Assembly: GCF_963921235.1 (NCBI RefSeq)
Contig: NC_086097.1
Location: 15,810,001 to 15,874,000, forward strand
DNA length: 64,000 nt
Source of the DNA: Mobula hypostoma
Taxonomy: Eukaryota
Reading direction: 5' to 3'
The position numbers and the translations under genes were made by a program. Below are positions 39,035-51,932 of the stretch, piece after piece. The notes below the pieces were generated by a model that was given only the letters and a program-made list of their open reading frames with translations, was not told the DNA's origin and ran no database searches. How positions within the stretch are numbered: the stretch's first letter is position 1; each line of letters begins with the position of its first letter.

Positions 39035-41070
39035 TCATCACCTTGTCACGGTGGAAAGGCTTGCGAGTTCCTGAGATTCCAAGGGTGATGCTGTCCGGAA
39101 TTTAGGAAGCTAGCACTTAGCTCCTGGTAGAATCAAGGTAGCCCTTTACTATTTAACTTGGTTTTAGAACCCCTTGCTATTGCTCTTAGAGATTCTAATA
39201 CTGTTCAGGGTATTAAGAGAGGGGACAAAGTACACAGGGTTTCGTTGTATGCAGATGACCTGTTTATATTTCAGATCCTAGGAAATCTATTCCTTCTATG
39301 TTATCTATATTTTCTGAATTCAGTAGATTTTCTGGATATAAATTAAATTTACATAAAAGTGAGTTATTTCTCATTAATAATTACTTGGATCAAAATCATC
39401 AAGTACCTTTTAGTATTGCTAAAAATTACTTTACTTGGTATTAAAATTACTAAAAATTTTAAGGACCTCTATAAATATAATTTTTTCCCATTAATTGATC
39501 ACACCCAACAAATGCTTTCTAAGTGGTCACCTATGACATTATCATTGATAGGTCGAATTAATGCTATTAAAATGATAGTTCTACCGAAACTCTTATATGT
39601 ATTTCAGGCAGTTCCTTCCTTTGTTCCTAAAATGATTTTTGACAGAATAGACTCTATAATCTTATTTTATATTTGGAATAATAAAAATCCTAGATTGAGT
39701 AAACCATTATTGCAGAACTTAAAAAAGGATGGTGGTATGGCTTTGCCAAATTTTAGAATATATTATTGGGCAATTAATATTCAATACATTACTTTTTGGA
39801 TTCATTATTCAGACATACACAAATGTCCTTCATGGTTGGAATTGGAGGAAAACTCGGTGAAGGGGTTCTCTTTGGCCTCTTTACTGGGAGCTCCTCTTCC
39901 CTTTTTGTTTTCTAAGATTAGTAGACAAGATTTTAATCCCATTATTAAACATACATTAAGAATTTGGTTTCAGTTTCATAAATTTTGAGTTAAACAATTT
40001 TGTTCTTTTTAGTAATATCTATCTCAATTATTTTTTTAAACCATCAATTTTGGATAAGGCCTTTTTAATTTGGAAAACCAAGGGAATAACAACTTTTTCA
40101 GATTTGTTTTCAGGGGATTGTTTAATGTCTTTTTCTCAGTTAGTGGATAAATATGATTTATCTAATGTACATTTTTTTAGATATTTACAAATTAGGAATT
40201 TCTTACGTGGTTTGCTGCCAAATTACCCTTCTGCTTATCCACCTAACATGACAGATGCTCGTTTTCAGCCTAAACCACTTCAAAAAGGGTTGATAGCTAT
40301 AATTTATAAACGGTTATTGAATTTACGAATGATATCTAACGATAAAATTAAACGTGCTTGGGAATTGGAATTTCAGGAGTCATTTTCAGATCATCAATGG
40401 AGTAAAATTTTTCATTTGGTGAATAACTCATCTATTTGTGCCCGTCATTCCTTGATACAGTTCAGGGTAGTGCATCGGGCCCATATGTCAAAGGATAAAC
40501 TAGCAGGTATTTTTTCCAACTTCAATCATATTTGTGACCGATGTAATATTGAGGTGGCCAGTTTTTTTTTCTCCCTCTATGAATTGATAAGAGGAGAATT
40601 AGTTGTCTGTCTTTTTTATTAAATATTACGTATTTGCTTAATACTGTGTATGATTTGGATAATGTCTATTTCTGTTTGTATTGATATTGGTATATATATT
40701 TGAGATAATTCTCCTCTCGTTTGTATATATGGTCTTTCTAAATCAATAAAAAGATAAAGAAGGAAAGAATCAAGGGGAGGTTCCAGACAACGTGATCTGT
40801 CCAAACCTCAGCAGTGGAGTATGCGGAAGATGATGGTGCATCACAATGGCAGTGGAGGTGAAAGAAGGCTGTAGCAGTGAGGGGTCCCCAGTCAGCTTGC
40901 ACCATGCCACTGGAGCCTGACCCCAATCTCTGAAGGACTGTGTGGTGGCTGCCCGTGCATCAGCCTCCCCGCATTAAACAAAGTCACACACAGTGTTCTC
41001 CATTTAAGGGAGTCCACCCTAACCCCCTTGAGGAGAACATCATACTTGCCTCGAGTGATTGGACTACTAC
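39035..41070 (+). mobile_element. RTE-related non-coding element split by the L1 insertion
   Basis: caccttgtcacggtggaaaggcttgcgagt...ctcctggtag|..ggggaggttccagacaa resembles RTE/Expander 5' UTRs as recalled. Confidence 0.45.
39139..40765 (+). mobile_element. L1-clade LINE, 5'-truncated ORF2 remnant
   Basis: VSLYADDL, LSLIGRINAIKMIVLPKLLY, GGMALPNFRIYYWA, SLIQFRVVHR, CDRC; aataaa and A-rich tail; TSD agaatcaagg (39129-38 and 40766-75). Confidence 0.92.
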
Positions 41071-41129
41071 TGTTGTTTGTTTAATGGTTTGAGGTTAAAT
41101 GCTTGGGTGGGATTCATTGATAATTCATG

Positions 41130-41482
41130 TCATAGTCATGGTCATAATTTATTAATCCCGGGAGAAATTGGTTTTCGTTACAGTTGCTCCATAAATAATA
41201 AATAGTAATAGAACCATAAGTAGTTAAATAGTAATATGTAAATTATGCCAGTAAATTACGAAATAAGTCCAGGACCAGCCTATTGGCTCAGGGTGTCTGA
41301 CCCTCCAAGGTAGGAGTTGTAAAGTTTGATGGCCAAAGGCAGGAATGACTTCCTATGATGCTCTGTGCTGCATCTCGGTGGAATGAGTCTCTGGCTGAAT
41401 GTACTCCTGTGCCCGTCCAGTACATTATGTAGTGGATGGGAGACATTGACCAGGATGGCATGCAACTTGGACGGCATCCTCT
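41130..41482 (-). mobile_element. Rex1-like LINE 3' end (family also at 57650-57903)
   Basis: HPLHNVL..RLIPPRCSTEHHRKSFLPLAIKLYN; (catagt)n tail; highly similar to 57650-57903. Confidence 0.8.
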
Positions 41483-41875
41483 TCTGTGGGTAATGTGTCA
41501 GACCTCCAGCAGCTACACAGCAGTGTCACTTGGCTTCTCTTGCTGGGAACATGAACGCCTGGGAGTGAGGGAGGGAGGGTTGTGTTTGAGAAATTTAAAG
41601 TTTGGAACCTAGGCATCCTCCATAACACTGGCCTGTCCAAAAATTCCATTATCAAGGAGACAATTAGCCCACAACTAACTCCCACAGATGTTAATGACAA
41701 AACTAGTCACACTTTAAGGATACATACTGACCTGGAAACCATGAAGAACTTCCCTCATCTACTTTATTTAGTTCAGCAAATGGGAACTTGGTTTAATGTC
41801 TCATCCAATAAACAGAGCCCTCTGATGCAGGAGTCTCTACACCAGGAGTTGCTGAGCCCCCGATGTAGGAGTCTG

Positions 41876-42927
41876 CATCGTGTGTCCCCGGGCTTCCCGG
41901 TACGGGACTCTCTGTATCACGTGTCTCCGGGCTTCCCGGTACGGGACTCTCTGTATCGTGTGTACCCGGGCTTCCCGGTACGGGACTCTCTGTATCGTGT
42001 GTCCCCGGGCTTCCCGGTATGGAACTCCCTGTATCGCGTGTCCCCGGGCTTCCCAGTGCGGGGCTCTCTGTATCGCGTGTCCCCGGGCTTCCCGGTACGG
42101 GACTCTCTGTATCGCGTGTCCCCGGGCTTCCCGGTACAGGACTCTCTGTATCGCGTGTCCCCGGGCTTCCCAGTGCGGGGCTCCCTGTATCGCGTTTCCC
42201 AGGGCTTCCCGGTACGAGGCTCCCTGTATCGCGTGTCCCTGGGCTTCCCGGTACGGGGCTCCCTATATCGCGTGTCCCAGGGCTTCCCAGCTTCCCGGTA
42301 CGGGGCTCCCTGTATCACGTGTCCCCGGGCTTCCGGGCTTCCCGGCTTCCCGGTACGGGGCTCCCTATATCACGTGTCCCCGGGCTTCCGGGCTTCCCGG
42401 CTTCCCGGTACGGGGCTCCCTATATCGCGTGTCCCAGGGCTTCCCGGTATGGGGCTCCCTGTATCGCGTGTCCCCGGGCTTCCCGGCTTCCCGGTACGGG
42501 ACTCCCTGTATCGCGTGTCCCCGGGCTTCCCAGTACGGGACTCCCTGTATCGCGTGTCCCCGGGCTTCCCGGTGCAGGGCTCCCTGTATCGCGTGTCCCC
42601 AGGCTTCCCGGTGCGGGGCTCTTTGTATCGCAGGTCCCCGGGCTTCCCGGTACGGGGCTCCCCGTATCGCGTGTCCCCGGGCTTCTCGGTGCGGGACTCC
42701 CTGTATCGCGGGTCCCCGGGCTTCCCGGTACGGGGCTCCCTGTATCGCGTGTTCCCGGGCTTCCCGGTGCAGGACTCTCTGTATCGCGTGTCCCCGGGCT
42801 TCCTGGTACGGGACTCCCTGTATGGCGTGTCTCCGGGCTTCCCGGTACGGGGCTCCCTGTATCGCGTGTCTCCGGGCGGGGCTCCCTGTATCGCGTGTCC
42901 CCGGGCTTCCTGGTACGGGACTCTCTG
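41876..42927. repeat. GC/CpG-rich minisatellite, 39-bp unit, about 26 copies
   Basis: Unit TATCGCGTGTCCCCGGGCTTCCCGGTACGGG(A/G)CTC(T/C)CTG; central units carry extra 8-bp gcttcc(c/g)g sub-repeats. Confidence 0.97.
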
Positions 42928-44024
42928 TCCTGTGCTGGAGCTTTTGTTTAGATTATGTGTTCATGGAGTTTGAACCCAATGATGATACTCGCATCACAGA
43001 GCCAAGGCTGAAATTAAATATTCCTGGTGAAACTTGTGCTCCAAGTCTTGCCAGGAATTACAAAGTGCCAAATAAAATTATGACTTACTTCTAAGCATCC
43101 ATGATCTAAATACATCTTAAATAAAATTAATCAAAGAAGTACTATCATGGAGGGCTGGTGTTTGTTTGCTTTAAATGCAAAGTAGTAATAAATATCATGC
43201 ATCATAAAATCTGAATAGGAGTAAATAGACTCAGTTCACAATTAACAACTCGAATTATCCTTTGATTATTATTTCCCAAGCATCACGAGTTCCTTCTTTG
43301 TTTTAATAAAGCTCTAGTGGTTGCTAATTTCAGACAGTGCCATTAATCAAGTGAGCCATCAAAAAAAACCTGAACCTATTTAAAAGCCAAGTTACAGCTG
43401 GATAAAGCTTGGTTTCTTGTGCAACTTTTGGAATGTAGAATAGTTGATTTGGAAGATAGATAACCATATTTACTCCAAACAGGATAAGCACAATTGTTTC
43501 CTTATTCTTTGAGAAATTAACATATTGCAAACCCCGAAGCTTTTGATGATTGAAGTTAATAAATTGTAGATAAAAGACAAACACCATCTGTGAGTGATTT
43601 CTGAAATCCCAGGATAATTAAGTTGTATTCAACTTCATGTTACCGTACTAATGGTGAACTATTGAAGAGGAAATGTGAATGGCCTTATCTGTTCTGTGCT
43701 CTTCTCACTTGCACTGGGCTGTTATCGTGCTGTATTGGATTTACAACACTGGTACTTTCATTCTCCATATGACTGGAAATAATTCTTTGTTGAAGCACTT
43801 GCAACTTTGCAGGAGAAATGATTTCCTTGTTTCTGATACCAATCTGCAACACCCAGTGTTATTTTTGATTGGTATCTATTAAGTCCACATTTGTTTAATC
43901 TTTTACATGCTCTTCTGGGTTAATGGCCCCAATTCAAATGTGCTGGAAGCAGTGGGATATGGTGGTAGTTGATTTGGGGCTTAAATTGACTTGCCACGGA
44001 AGTTGATAGTGTGAGGTGACTATG

Positions 44025-44650
44025 AGGGTGTATGGTGTGTTGGCCTTCGTTCTTCAGGGATTGAGTTCAAGAGCCACAAGGTGAATTTGCACCTCTGTAA
44101 ACCCTGGTTAAACCACAATTGGAATATTGTGCTCACTTCAGGTCAACTCATTGTAGGAAGGATACAGACACTTTAGAGGGTGCAGAGGAGATTTTCCAGG
44201 ACGCTGCCTGGATTAGAGAGCATGTCATATGAAGATGGGTTGAGTGAACTAGGGGTTTTCTCCCTTCTGTTTAGAGTGAAGGAGGATGAGATGTGACTTG
44301 ACTGAGGTGTACAAGATAAGGGGCATAGACCGAGTGAATAGCCAGACACTTTTTCCCAGGGCGGAAATGGCAAATACCAGGGACATAATTTTAAGGTGAT
44401 TGGAGAACAGTATAAGGAAGATGACTAGTGTAAGTTCTTTACACAGTATGAGTGCATGGAACACCCTGTCACGGATGGTGGTAGAGGCAGATATGTTAGG
44501 GGCGTTTAAGAAACTTGGATAGGCAAGTGGATGTTAGAAAAATGGAGGGCTATGTAGGAAGGAAGGGTTACATTGATTTTAGGATAGATTAAAAGGTCAG
44601 CACAAAATCATGGGCTGAAGGGCCTGTACTGCGCTGCATTGTGTTAACTT
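44025..44650 (+). mobile_element. CR1 3' fragment, decayed
   Basis: Collinear with 2400-3030 and 34528-35051. Confidence 0.8.
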
Positions 44651-44667
44651 CTAAAAACAAAGGATCA

Positions 44668-45055
44668 TAATCATCATTATGTGCCATGTCATGTGATGTG
44701 GACGGTCATGCCCTCATGACCATGACGGTTCTCGGCAGAATTTTGTACAGAAGTGGCTTACTATTGTCTTCTGGGCGGTGTCTTTACAAAACGGGTGACC
44801 CCAGCCATTGTCAATATTCTTCAGAGATTGTCTGCCTGGTGTCAGAGGTCGCATGACCAGGACTTGTGATCTGCACCAGCTGCTCATACGACCATTCGCC
44901 ACCCGCTCCCATGGCTTCAGGTGACCCTGATCCGGGGGCGGGGAGGTGGAGGGGGGCGCTAAGCAGGTGCTACACCTTGCCCAAGGTGACCTGCAGGCTG
45001 GCGGAGGGAAGTGGCAGCTTACATGTCATTTGGTAAAGACGTATCGCCACCCCTC
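44668..45055 (-). mobile_element. RTE-tail retroposon (copy 4)
   Basis: Reverse complement of 7325-7694 family. Confidence 0.75.
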
Positions 45056-46329
45056 CAAAAAGCAAAATAAAACTTATTGTAAGATTAGTATTAAACAGAT
45101 CTCAATTTCAACTCGATGAGGAATTGTTAATTTTGTGGATGGATTTGGTTAATGTAGACATAATAATTTAATAATTTTTAGGGTGGTGGCATTCCAAAGA
45201 AAATTGTCTAAAATGAGATGACCATGTGGCACAGAGGCAGTGTTTTTTTGAAGAGCGCAGCAAAGGTAGTTCTAGTATCCCGGCCAATATTTATCCTTTG
45301 TACAACACTGCTAGCGTGTATTGAACAGTAACTTCTTTTGAGTAAAGCACCATCCTTGTGTTCCAAAGAAATTCAATGTAAACTAAATGTAACTGGGAGC
45401 AATGCACAAAGTTAACAATACTCAGCAGTTCAGGAAGTGTCTATGGAGGGAAATGGGCACTCAATGTACTGTGTTGAAACCTTTCATCAGGACTGATGAA
45501 GAAAGTGCCAGTAATATGAAGGGTCTCAACCCAAATGTCAGCTGCTCCTTTCCATCCATGAATGCTGCCTGACCTACTGAGTACCTCCAGCATTTTGTGC
45601 TGCAGCAAGAGTCCAGTATCTGTAGCCTCTGTCTCCTAAATATAACGAGTCATTGTTACATGGGTGGTGCAGTTTTGAAAGCTTAATCCAGGTGTTCATG
45701 CATATAACCTGTCCTCCTGGGGAGGCCAAAGGGCAAAGCCAGAGAAGGAAAGGTCTTTGCAATTTTTCATGCAGTATTGGGGGGGGGGGGGGTGTTCTAT
45801 CTAAGGTGCCTAAGACTTTTGCACAGCACTGTATTAATTATGTATTGTACTGTCCTGCTGTGGCCAGAAAAAAACAAATTTCATGACATGTATGAGTGAT
45901 GATAAACCTGATTCTGATATGGGTCTCTATTGTGGACTGAGAGTGGGAAGAAGGCAGGGAGAGGGGAATCATGGTTGGGAAAAGGGGAAGGGAGTGGGAA
46001 GCACCAGAGAGACATTCTGTAATGATCAATAAAACAATTGTTTACAATCAAATGACTTTGCCTGGTGTCTCGGGGCTGGGTGAATCTGCACCTGCATCAT
46101 ACCCCTGCCCCAGCACTCCTTCTCTGCCACCTGTCCCACACCCCTCTTATGGCACTCCACCCTTGCTATTCCTGAAATCCTTTGCTTCTGGCAGATTTAC
46201 AAGCTCACTCTCCGCTCCACATTGACAAGAACAGGGTTGTGCAAAAGTCTTAGGCACCCTAACTGACTTTTTGCACAGTTCTGTACTTTTTTGGCTGTGA
46301 ATGTTGTTGCAGATTCAAACTCTGGGCAC

Positions 46330-46615
46330 CAAGGTGGCGTAAAGCAATTACAGCTTTGGCCATCGGAGTGCAGAGTTCATTTCTGGTGTCGTCTGTAAGG
46401 AAGTCTGTATGTTCTTCTCCTGAGGGTGTGGGGTTTCCTTTGGGGGCTCCAGTTTCATCCCATACCCCAAAGGCATGCCAGTTAGTAGGTTGGTCATTGT
46501 AAGTTGTCCTGTGATTAGGTTAGAGTCAAATAGATGTATTGCTAGGCAGTTTAGCTCATTGGGCCGAGGGGGCCTGTTCTGCACTGTATCTCTAAGTAAA
46601 TAAATACTAAATAAA
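46330..46615 (+). mobile_element. V-SINE (HE1-like), decayed
   Basis: Collinear with 4612-4897. Confidence 0.7.
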
Positions 46616-46820
46616 AGTTACCACAGCAATACATGTCTTTGTTTTCACCATGGATTTTATCCTCTGTCACCTTACCTAATGTCTTTAATGCCTCTAGAAA
46701 TTAATATGTTTATTTACTCTCTAAAGTGATATATTTTTACTTGTGCAGGAACCCTGTGACTCATTCGTAACTTCCAAGAGAACGACATCCCAATAATTTT
46801 TCACCACAGTAACTGGAGGA

Positions 46821-46854
46821 ATGGCAGCTTTCAAGGTAGATCCATCCACAGCAG
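46821..46854 (+). CDS. TC2N: TC2N-like gene, putative first coding exon (MAAFKVDPSTA-); exon 46749-46854 including 5' UTR
   Basis: Acceptor ttttacttgtgcAG (46747-48). ATG at 46821 in strong Kozak context (ggaATGg) with an in-frame TAA upstream at 46794. Donor AG|GTGGGT at 46855 leaves phase 1, matching the phase-1 start of the next exon. No homology support for this exon alone. Confidence 0.6.
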
Positions 46855-47659
46855 GTGGGTGTCTGTAAAACTGCAAACCAGACTGTCGTTCAGCGTCCCA
46901 ATATAGTGTTTCGAGACTTTTGTTATTGACTGAGTTCCTGACACTGGAGTGCAGTAGTCATCTGCTGAAGAATCACATTAAATGCTTTCCAAATTGCCGC
47001 TGATTGCAACCTCATTTGAATACTTTGTAGCTATCTGTGGATTTTGATGTGTTCTGGATTCAAGATTGCTTAATGTCATTTTCAGTACATAGGTGTAAAG
47101 GAGAATGAAATCCAGTACACAAATACAATAAAAGATAAAGCACACAATAATAAACATATGATAATAAATATAAGTACATAAGAGCTTGTATAAATGGACT
47201 GATTGCATGAACATAAAGTGACGTTTGGTACAAGCTTATCTGTACATATGGTGACAGAAGGGAAATGATAAAGTAGTGGTATGAAGTCATGGGACATCAT
47301 GGGCAAATTATCATAGTTGCATAAATCAAGACTTTCAAGATTTTAGTTGGTAGATTAAACAAAAGCTTATCTATTCAGAATGTATGTATATCATTGCATG
47401 TTCCTTCACTGTTTAACTGTGATATCCATCCTTTTAATTATCTGGTACTAGACCAAGGAGCTGTAAATGATAAGAAATGCTAGACATCTGTTGCTTTTTT
47501 AGTGGTAATAGTTTGGTAATAATTGTAAAATGATCTATATCTTTGGGAAGGAAGTGAAGTAAACGACTAAATGCATTAATATGGAGTCAGTTAGGTTCTT
47601 GTAAAGTTACCTGTGGGGAAAATAATTTGCAGGGAAGTTGGGGAAACTGATGGAAATAA

Positions 47660-48020
47660 ACTCACAAAAATTCTGGAGGTATTCAGCAGGTCAGACAGCA
47701 TCTATGGAGAGGAATAAACAGGCACTGTTTTGGGCAGAGACTCTTCATGAGAACTGGAAAGAAAGGCAGAATAAGAAGGCGGGGAAAGGGGATAGAGTAC
47801 AAGCTGACAGGTGATAGGTGAAACCATGTGAGGGAATGGAAGGCGTGTGGGTCAGGGAGGGGGGCAGGAAGTGAGAAGCTGGGAGGTGATAGTTGGAAGA
47901 GGTAAAGGGATGAAGAAGGAGGAAGCTGATAGGAGAAGAGTGTGGAGCATGGGGGTAAGGGAAGGAGGTGATGGGCAGGTGAAGAAAAGGGGAGGGGTAA
48001 GATGGAAAGGAACTGGTAGG
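47660..48020 (-). mobile_element. Penelope-like 3' region, decayed
   Basis: ctggaggtattcagcaggtcagacagcatctatgg followed by purine-rich tract as in 25500-25900. Confidence 0.7.
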
Positions 48021-50654
48021 GTTGTTCTCCCCAGAGTTGATAGAGAGCCAACCTACTTCAGCCATAACTACAATGATTTGATTCTGTTCTGAAGCCATCA
48101 CAGTATTTATGATTGGGAGCTGAGCAAACTCCATATATTGTTCACGTGACTTGGTAATAACATTGAGGCCATTACAAAATCAAATCTGTACAGGCTCCTC
48201 CCAGATTATGGCAGGGTCTCTTTCTGTGATCTGTTAGCAGCCCAACAGTTTACAGTCACAGTTCTGACTTGCGAACCAAATTCCCACAGGTGCCTAAAGC
48301 TCCATAGCAGTCAGCAAACCACCCCATCGGTCTCCCAAGCACTCATGTGTATGAGCCGCTCATAAGTTGGGGAAGGTTTGTACTGTAATGGAATGTGTTG
48401 AAGTAGAAATCAGAGTTAACTACTTACAAGTGTACCCTTGCATTCCAGGAAATTGCTGATCCCTATCTGTGATCTCTCTTTGTGGAGACAGTACTGAAAT
48501 TGTTCCACAATATTGAAAATATCGGCCAGTATATGATCGATATAATTTATGTTGATTTTCATTGAAGTTCCCTTCAGACGCATTAGATCTTGAAACACAA
48601 TAGAACCTGGCTGAGATTGACATTTCAATAACTCAAAGTCAATGGCAAAACACTCTGTAGAAAAAATTGCCAAGAACACTTATGGTCATGAGACCATGAT
48701 TGCCCACATCATACTGACATGGCACGTGATGATGATGAATGATGTCTATCTCTTCTTCTAATTCTGCTAATGGGTATTTTGAAAGTTTGCTCTTAAAACT
48801 TTGTATGACAGGAAATGAAACATTGGCTCACACAGTGTTGGCTCAGGTTTTGCTATTCTAACAACAGTCAAACTATTGACGGCCTAAGACAGGAACCTCA
48901 TTTCCCAAGTTACTCAGCCCTTTCCTATAAGCTGCACAGTTTATGGCCCCTTTCAATTGTGGGAAATTAATTAGTGTGAACTTAATTTGCAAATAAAATT
49001 CTATATAAAGTGCCCTAAGAGTGTTACGCTTTCTTGTATGAAGTCTATTCAAGCTTGTAATGGCTTGCTAAGTTTGATTACTGCTTAGCAAATTATCTGG
49101 CCCTGAACTAGGAATGTACTTTATTTGTGTAAGTGGCAAAACATGATGAATTTTAAAATGACTTTTTTGCCTACTCCGGGCTGCTCCGGGTTTCAGATTT
49201 GAGGAATCAATTTTGGTCTGGAATGCTGTTGTTCTCAATTGTTTGCATGATTTTTTTTCCTCTTGCAGATTGAGTATTGGTTTTCTATTTTTATTGTCAT
49301 TCTTTTTCTTTCTATAATTGTGTCCTTCTGGGTTTCTTGCTTTGTGGCTGCCTGTAAGCAAACAAATCTGAAGGTTGTATAATTTATACATTATTTGATA
49401 ATAAGTCTTGAATCTTGAATTTCAAAAGTTGTTTCTGACATTGCAGCATCTATATTATCCTTAATTGTATGTTGTTTAATCTGAGTTCTATAAGAATTAA
49501 GGAAAAAACCAAGTCCAAGCTACTATGACCACTGGACCTTAAAGGGCAGTGGGAAAAGCTATCACTTCACCACTGACAAGGCCATGCAAATGCTGCAAAT
49601 TAGATTGCTGTTAAGTTCCACTTTGCTCTCCAAACTTCCCATCAACAAAGTCTAGTAATCTGTAATTTGTTATTGTTTATTGTATTATGGCAAACAGTTC
49701 ATGCATTTCTCCCTGCTTGACAACACAGCCAGAATGCATCAATGGCTGTTAAGTTTAAAAAAACGGGTTCCCTTGCTTAATGGTATTTGTCCATGTCATA
49801 AAAAAGTTGGGATCCCCTAGTTTAAAAAAAACTCATAATATCAGCAATGCTTTTATCACTGCTAATCCCATTGGTAATCTAATAAACTAATCTTCTGTTG
49901 CTTCACAGAATCTTGAATCTCAATGGTCCTTTCAAAACCCATGTTAATTCTCCCTAAAAATTCCAATAGGTTTACGTGGCAAATTTTGTGAATTCAGAAC
50001 CATGCTATTAAATTATAATTCTTCCATTTTGATCATTGAAGACATACTTTAAGTCTTTGCTGAGTATTCCTAAGTCCACAGTGGATACTAGCTATGAGTG
50101 GTACTTGCATGTGCTGTTGGTCAGGCATTCTCTTTAAGTAACTGAGTAGCCTCCATGCTCCAGACTCCAGTGATACGAGGAGAAAGCAGGAGATTGTGGC
50201 TGAGAGGGAAATGGATGAGCCATGGTGAAATGGTAGAGCAGACTCGATGGGCCAAATAGCCTAATTCTGATCCTAATGGTCTTGTGTTCCAGTGTGTTGT
50301 TCAAATGCAAATTTACTACTCAGACACAAATTATAGAAGGATTTGCTGTTCTTCAATAAGTTTACACAACTTGGGATCCAAGTTGATCAGGCTTGACTTC
50401 TGTAGCTGTTTGACTTCAGTCTACATATTGTTGAGAATCTCTATTTAATTTTCCATCAGAGTTCAGAATGACAAATAGGGTCATGTAACTTCCAGGGATC
50501 AGCAAGACATACGACAAAGGAGCTGAAGATACCTTGGTTGCATTTCCATTAAATGTCCTGCTTCCCCCCGCCATTTCCCAACAACAGCCCTCCCCTTCTG
50601 TTACAGAAAAGTAGTGACATTCACGACTATCTAACTTCACCAGACTAAAAGACG

Positions 50655-51087
50655 TAGACCATAAGACAAAGGAGCAGGTCGGCCATTTGGCCCATCGAGT
50701 CTGCTCTGCCATTTTATCATGAGCTGATCCATTCTCCCATTTAGTCCCACTCCCCCGCCTTCTCACCATAACCTTTGATGCCCTGGCTACGCAGATACCT
50801 ATCAATCCCTGCCTTAAATACATGCAATGACTTGGCCTCTACTGCTGCCCGTGGCAACAAATTCCATAGATTCACCACCCTCTGGCTAAAAAAAATTTCT
50901 TCGCATTTCTGTTCTGAATGGGCGCCCTTCAATCCTTAAGTCATGCCCTCTCGTACTAGACTCCCCCATCATGGGAAACAACTTTGCCACATCCACTCTG
51001 TCCATGCCTTTCAACATTCGAAATGTTTCTATGAGGTCTCCCCTCATTCTTCTAAACTCTAAGGAATACAGTCCAAGAGCAGACATG
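50655..51087 (-). mobile_element. CR1 3' fragment
   Basis: LGLYSLEFRRMRGDLIETFRMLKG, TRGHDL, FFSQRVVNLWNLLP. Confidence 0.9.
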
Positions 51088-51167
51088 TAAGCAGCTCTTA
51101 GTGAGAGATTTAGCAAAAACGCGAATGTACTCCCTAAATGACTCAATAAAAGTTGAGTACAACACTC

Positions 51168-51520
51168 AATCATTTGTTATGTGCCGTGCCGTATGACGTG
51201 GGCGATCATGGTCTTTCCATGACCATGACTGTTCTTGGTCAATCTTTTTACAGTAATGGTTTGCCATTGCCTTCTGCTGGGCAATGTCTTTACAAGTTGG
51301 GTGACCCCTTCCATTATCAGTGCTCTTCAGAGATTGTCTGCCTGGGGTCAATGGTCACATATCCAGCTCACTAGCTGCTCATATGACCGGTCACCACCTG
51401 CTACCACTGGTTGACATGTCCATGATAGTGGGCTAAGCAGGTGCTACACCTTGCAGGCTAGTGGAGGGAAGGAACACTTTGCACCTCCTTTGGTAGAGAC
51501 GTATCTCCACCCTGTCACCC
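51168..51520 (-). mobile_element. RTE-tail retroposon (copy 5)
   Basis: Reverse complement of 7325-7694 family. Confidence 0.75.
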
Positions 51521-51932
51521 AAGAGTACAGTACAAAATAAACACCAATATTGAAAAATGATGATCAATACTTGTTTCCTAATTTAGATTAAATAAAAGTA
51601 ACAAAATAGCATTTGTTACTTCCAGTATAAAGATCAACTAAAACCGACCTGCTCACACTAGTTCAAATGTGCTGGTAGCCAGCATGGACCTACAGTAAGC
51701 TGGGTGAGAGAGCCACCTCAATGTGGCAGTGCTGTGCTGAACCAAGTATCACGCAATCCAGGAGGCTATTTGAGCCTTGGGTTCCTGCCTTCATTCTGGG
51801 AGTTATCCAATTTACCTCACTCAGTTCCTGCTCCTTCCCTGTAGCTCTGGCATTGTCATTGTACATGGAACCCTATTACCTTGCAGCTTTTCTGGAAATC
51901 CTATTAAACCTCGCTTTTCCCATCTCTTTCAG

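Noticed and set aside
41876..42927. CRISPR array
   Set aside because: Head-to-tail repeats with no unique spacers, no cas genes, and a vertebrate context.
41582..43094. Overlapping 463, 404 and 310 aa ORFs as a repetitive protein gene
   Set aside because: They arise from a stop-free 39-bp tandem repeat open in all forward frames; the 8-bp insertions shift frames freely, which argues against coding constraint.
46836..46841. Alternative donor AAG|GTAGAT after MAAFK
   Set aside because: Phase 0 is incompatible with the phase-1 start of exon 51933; the donor at 46855 fits.
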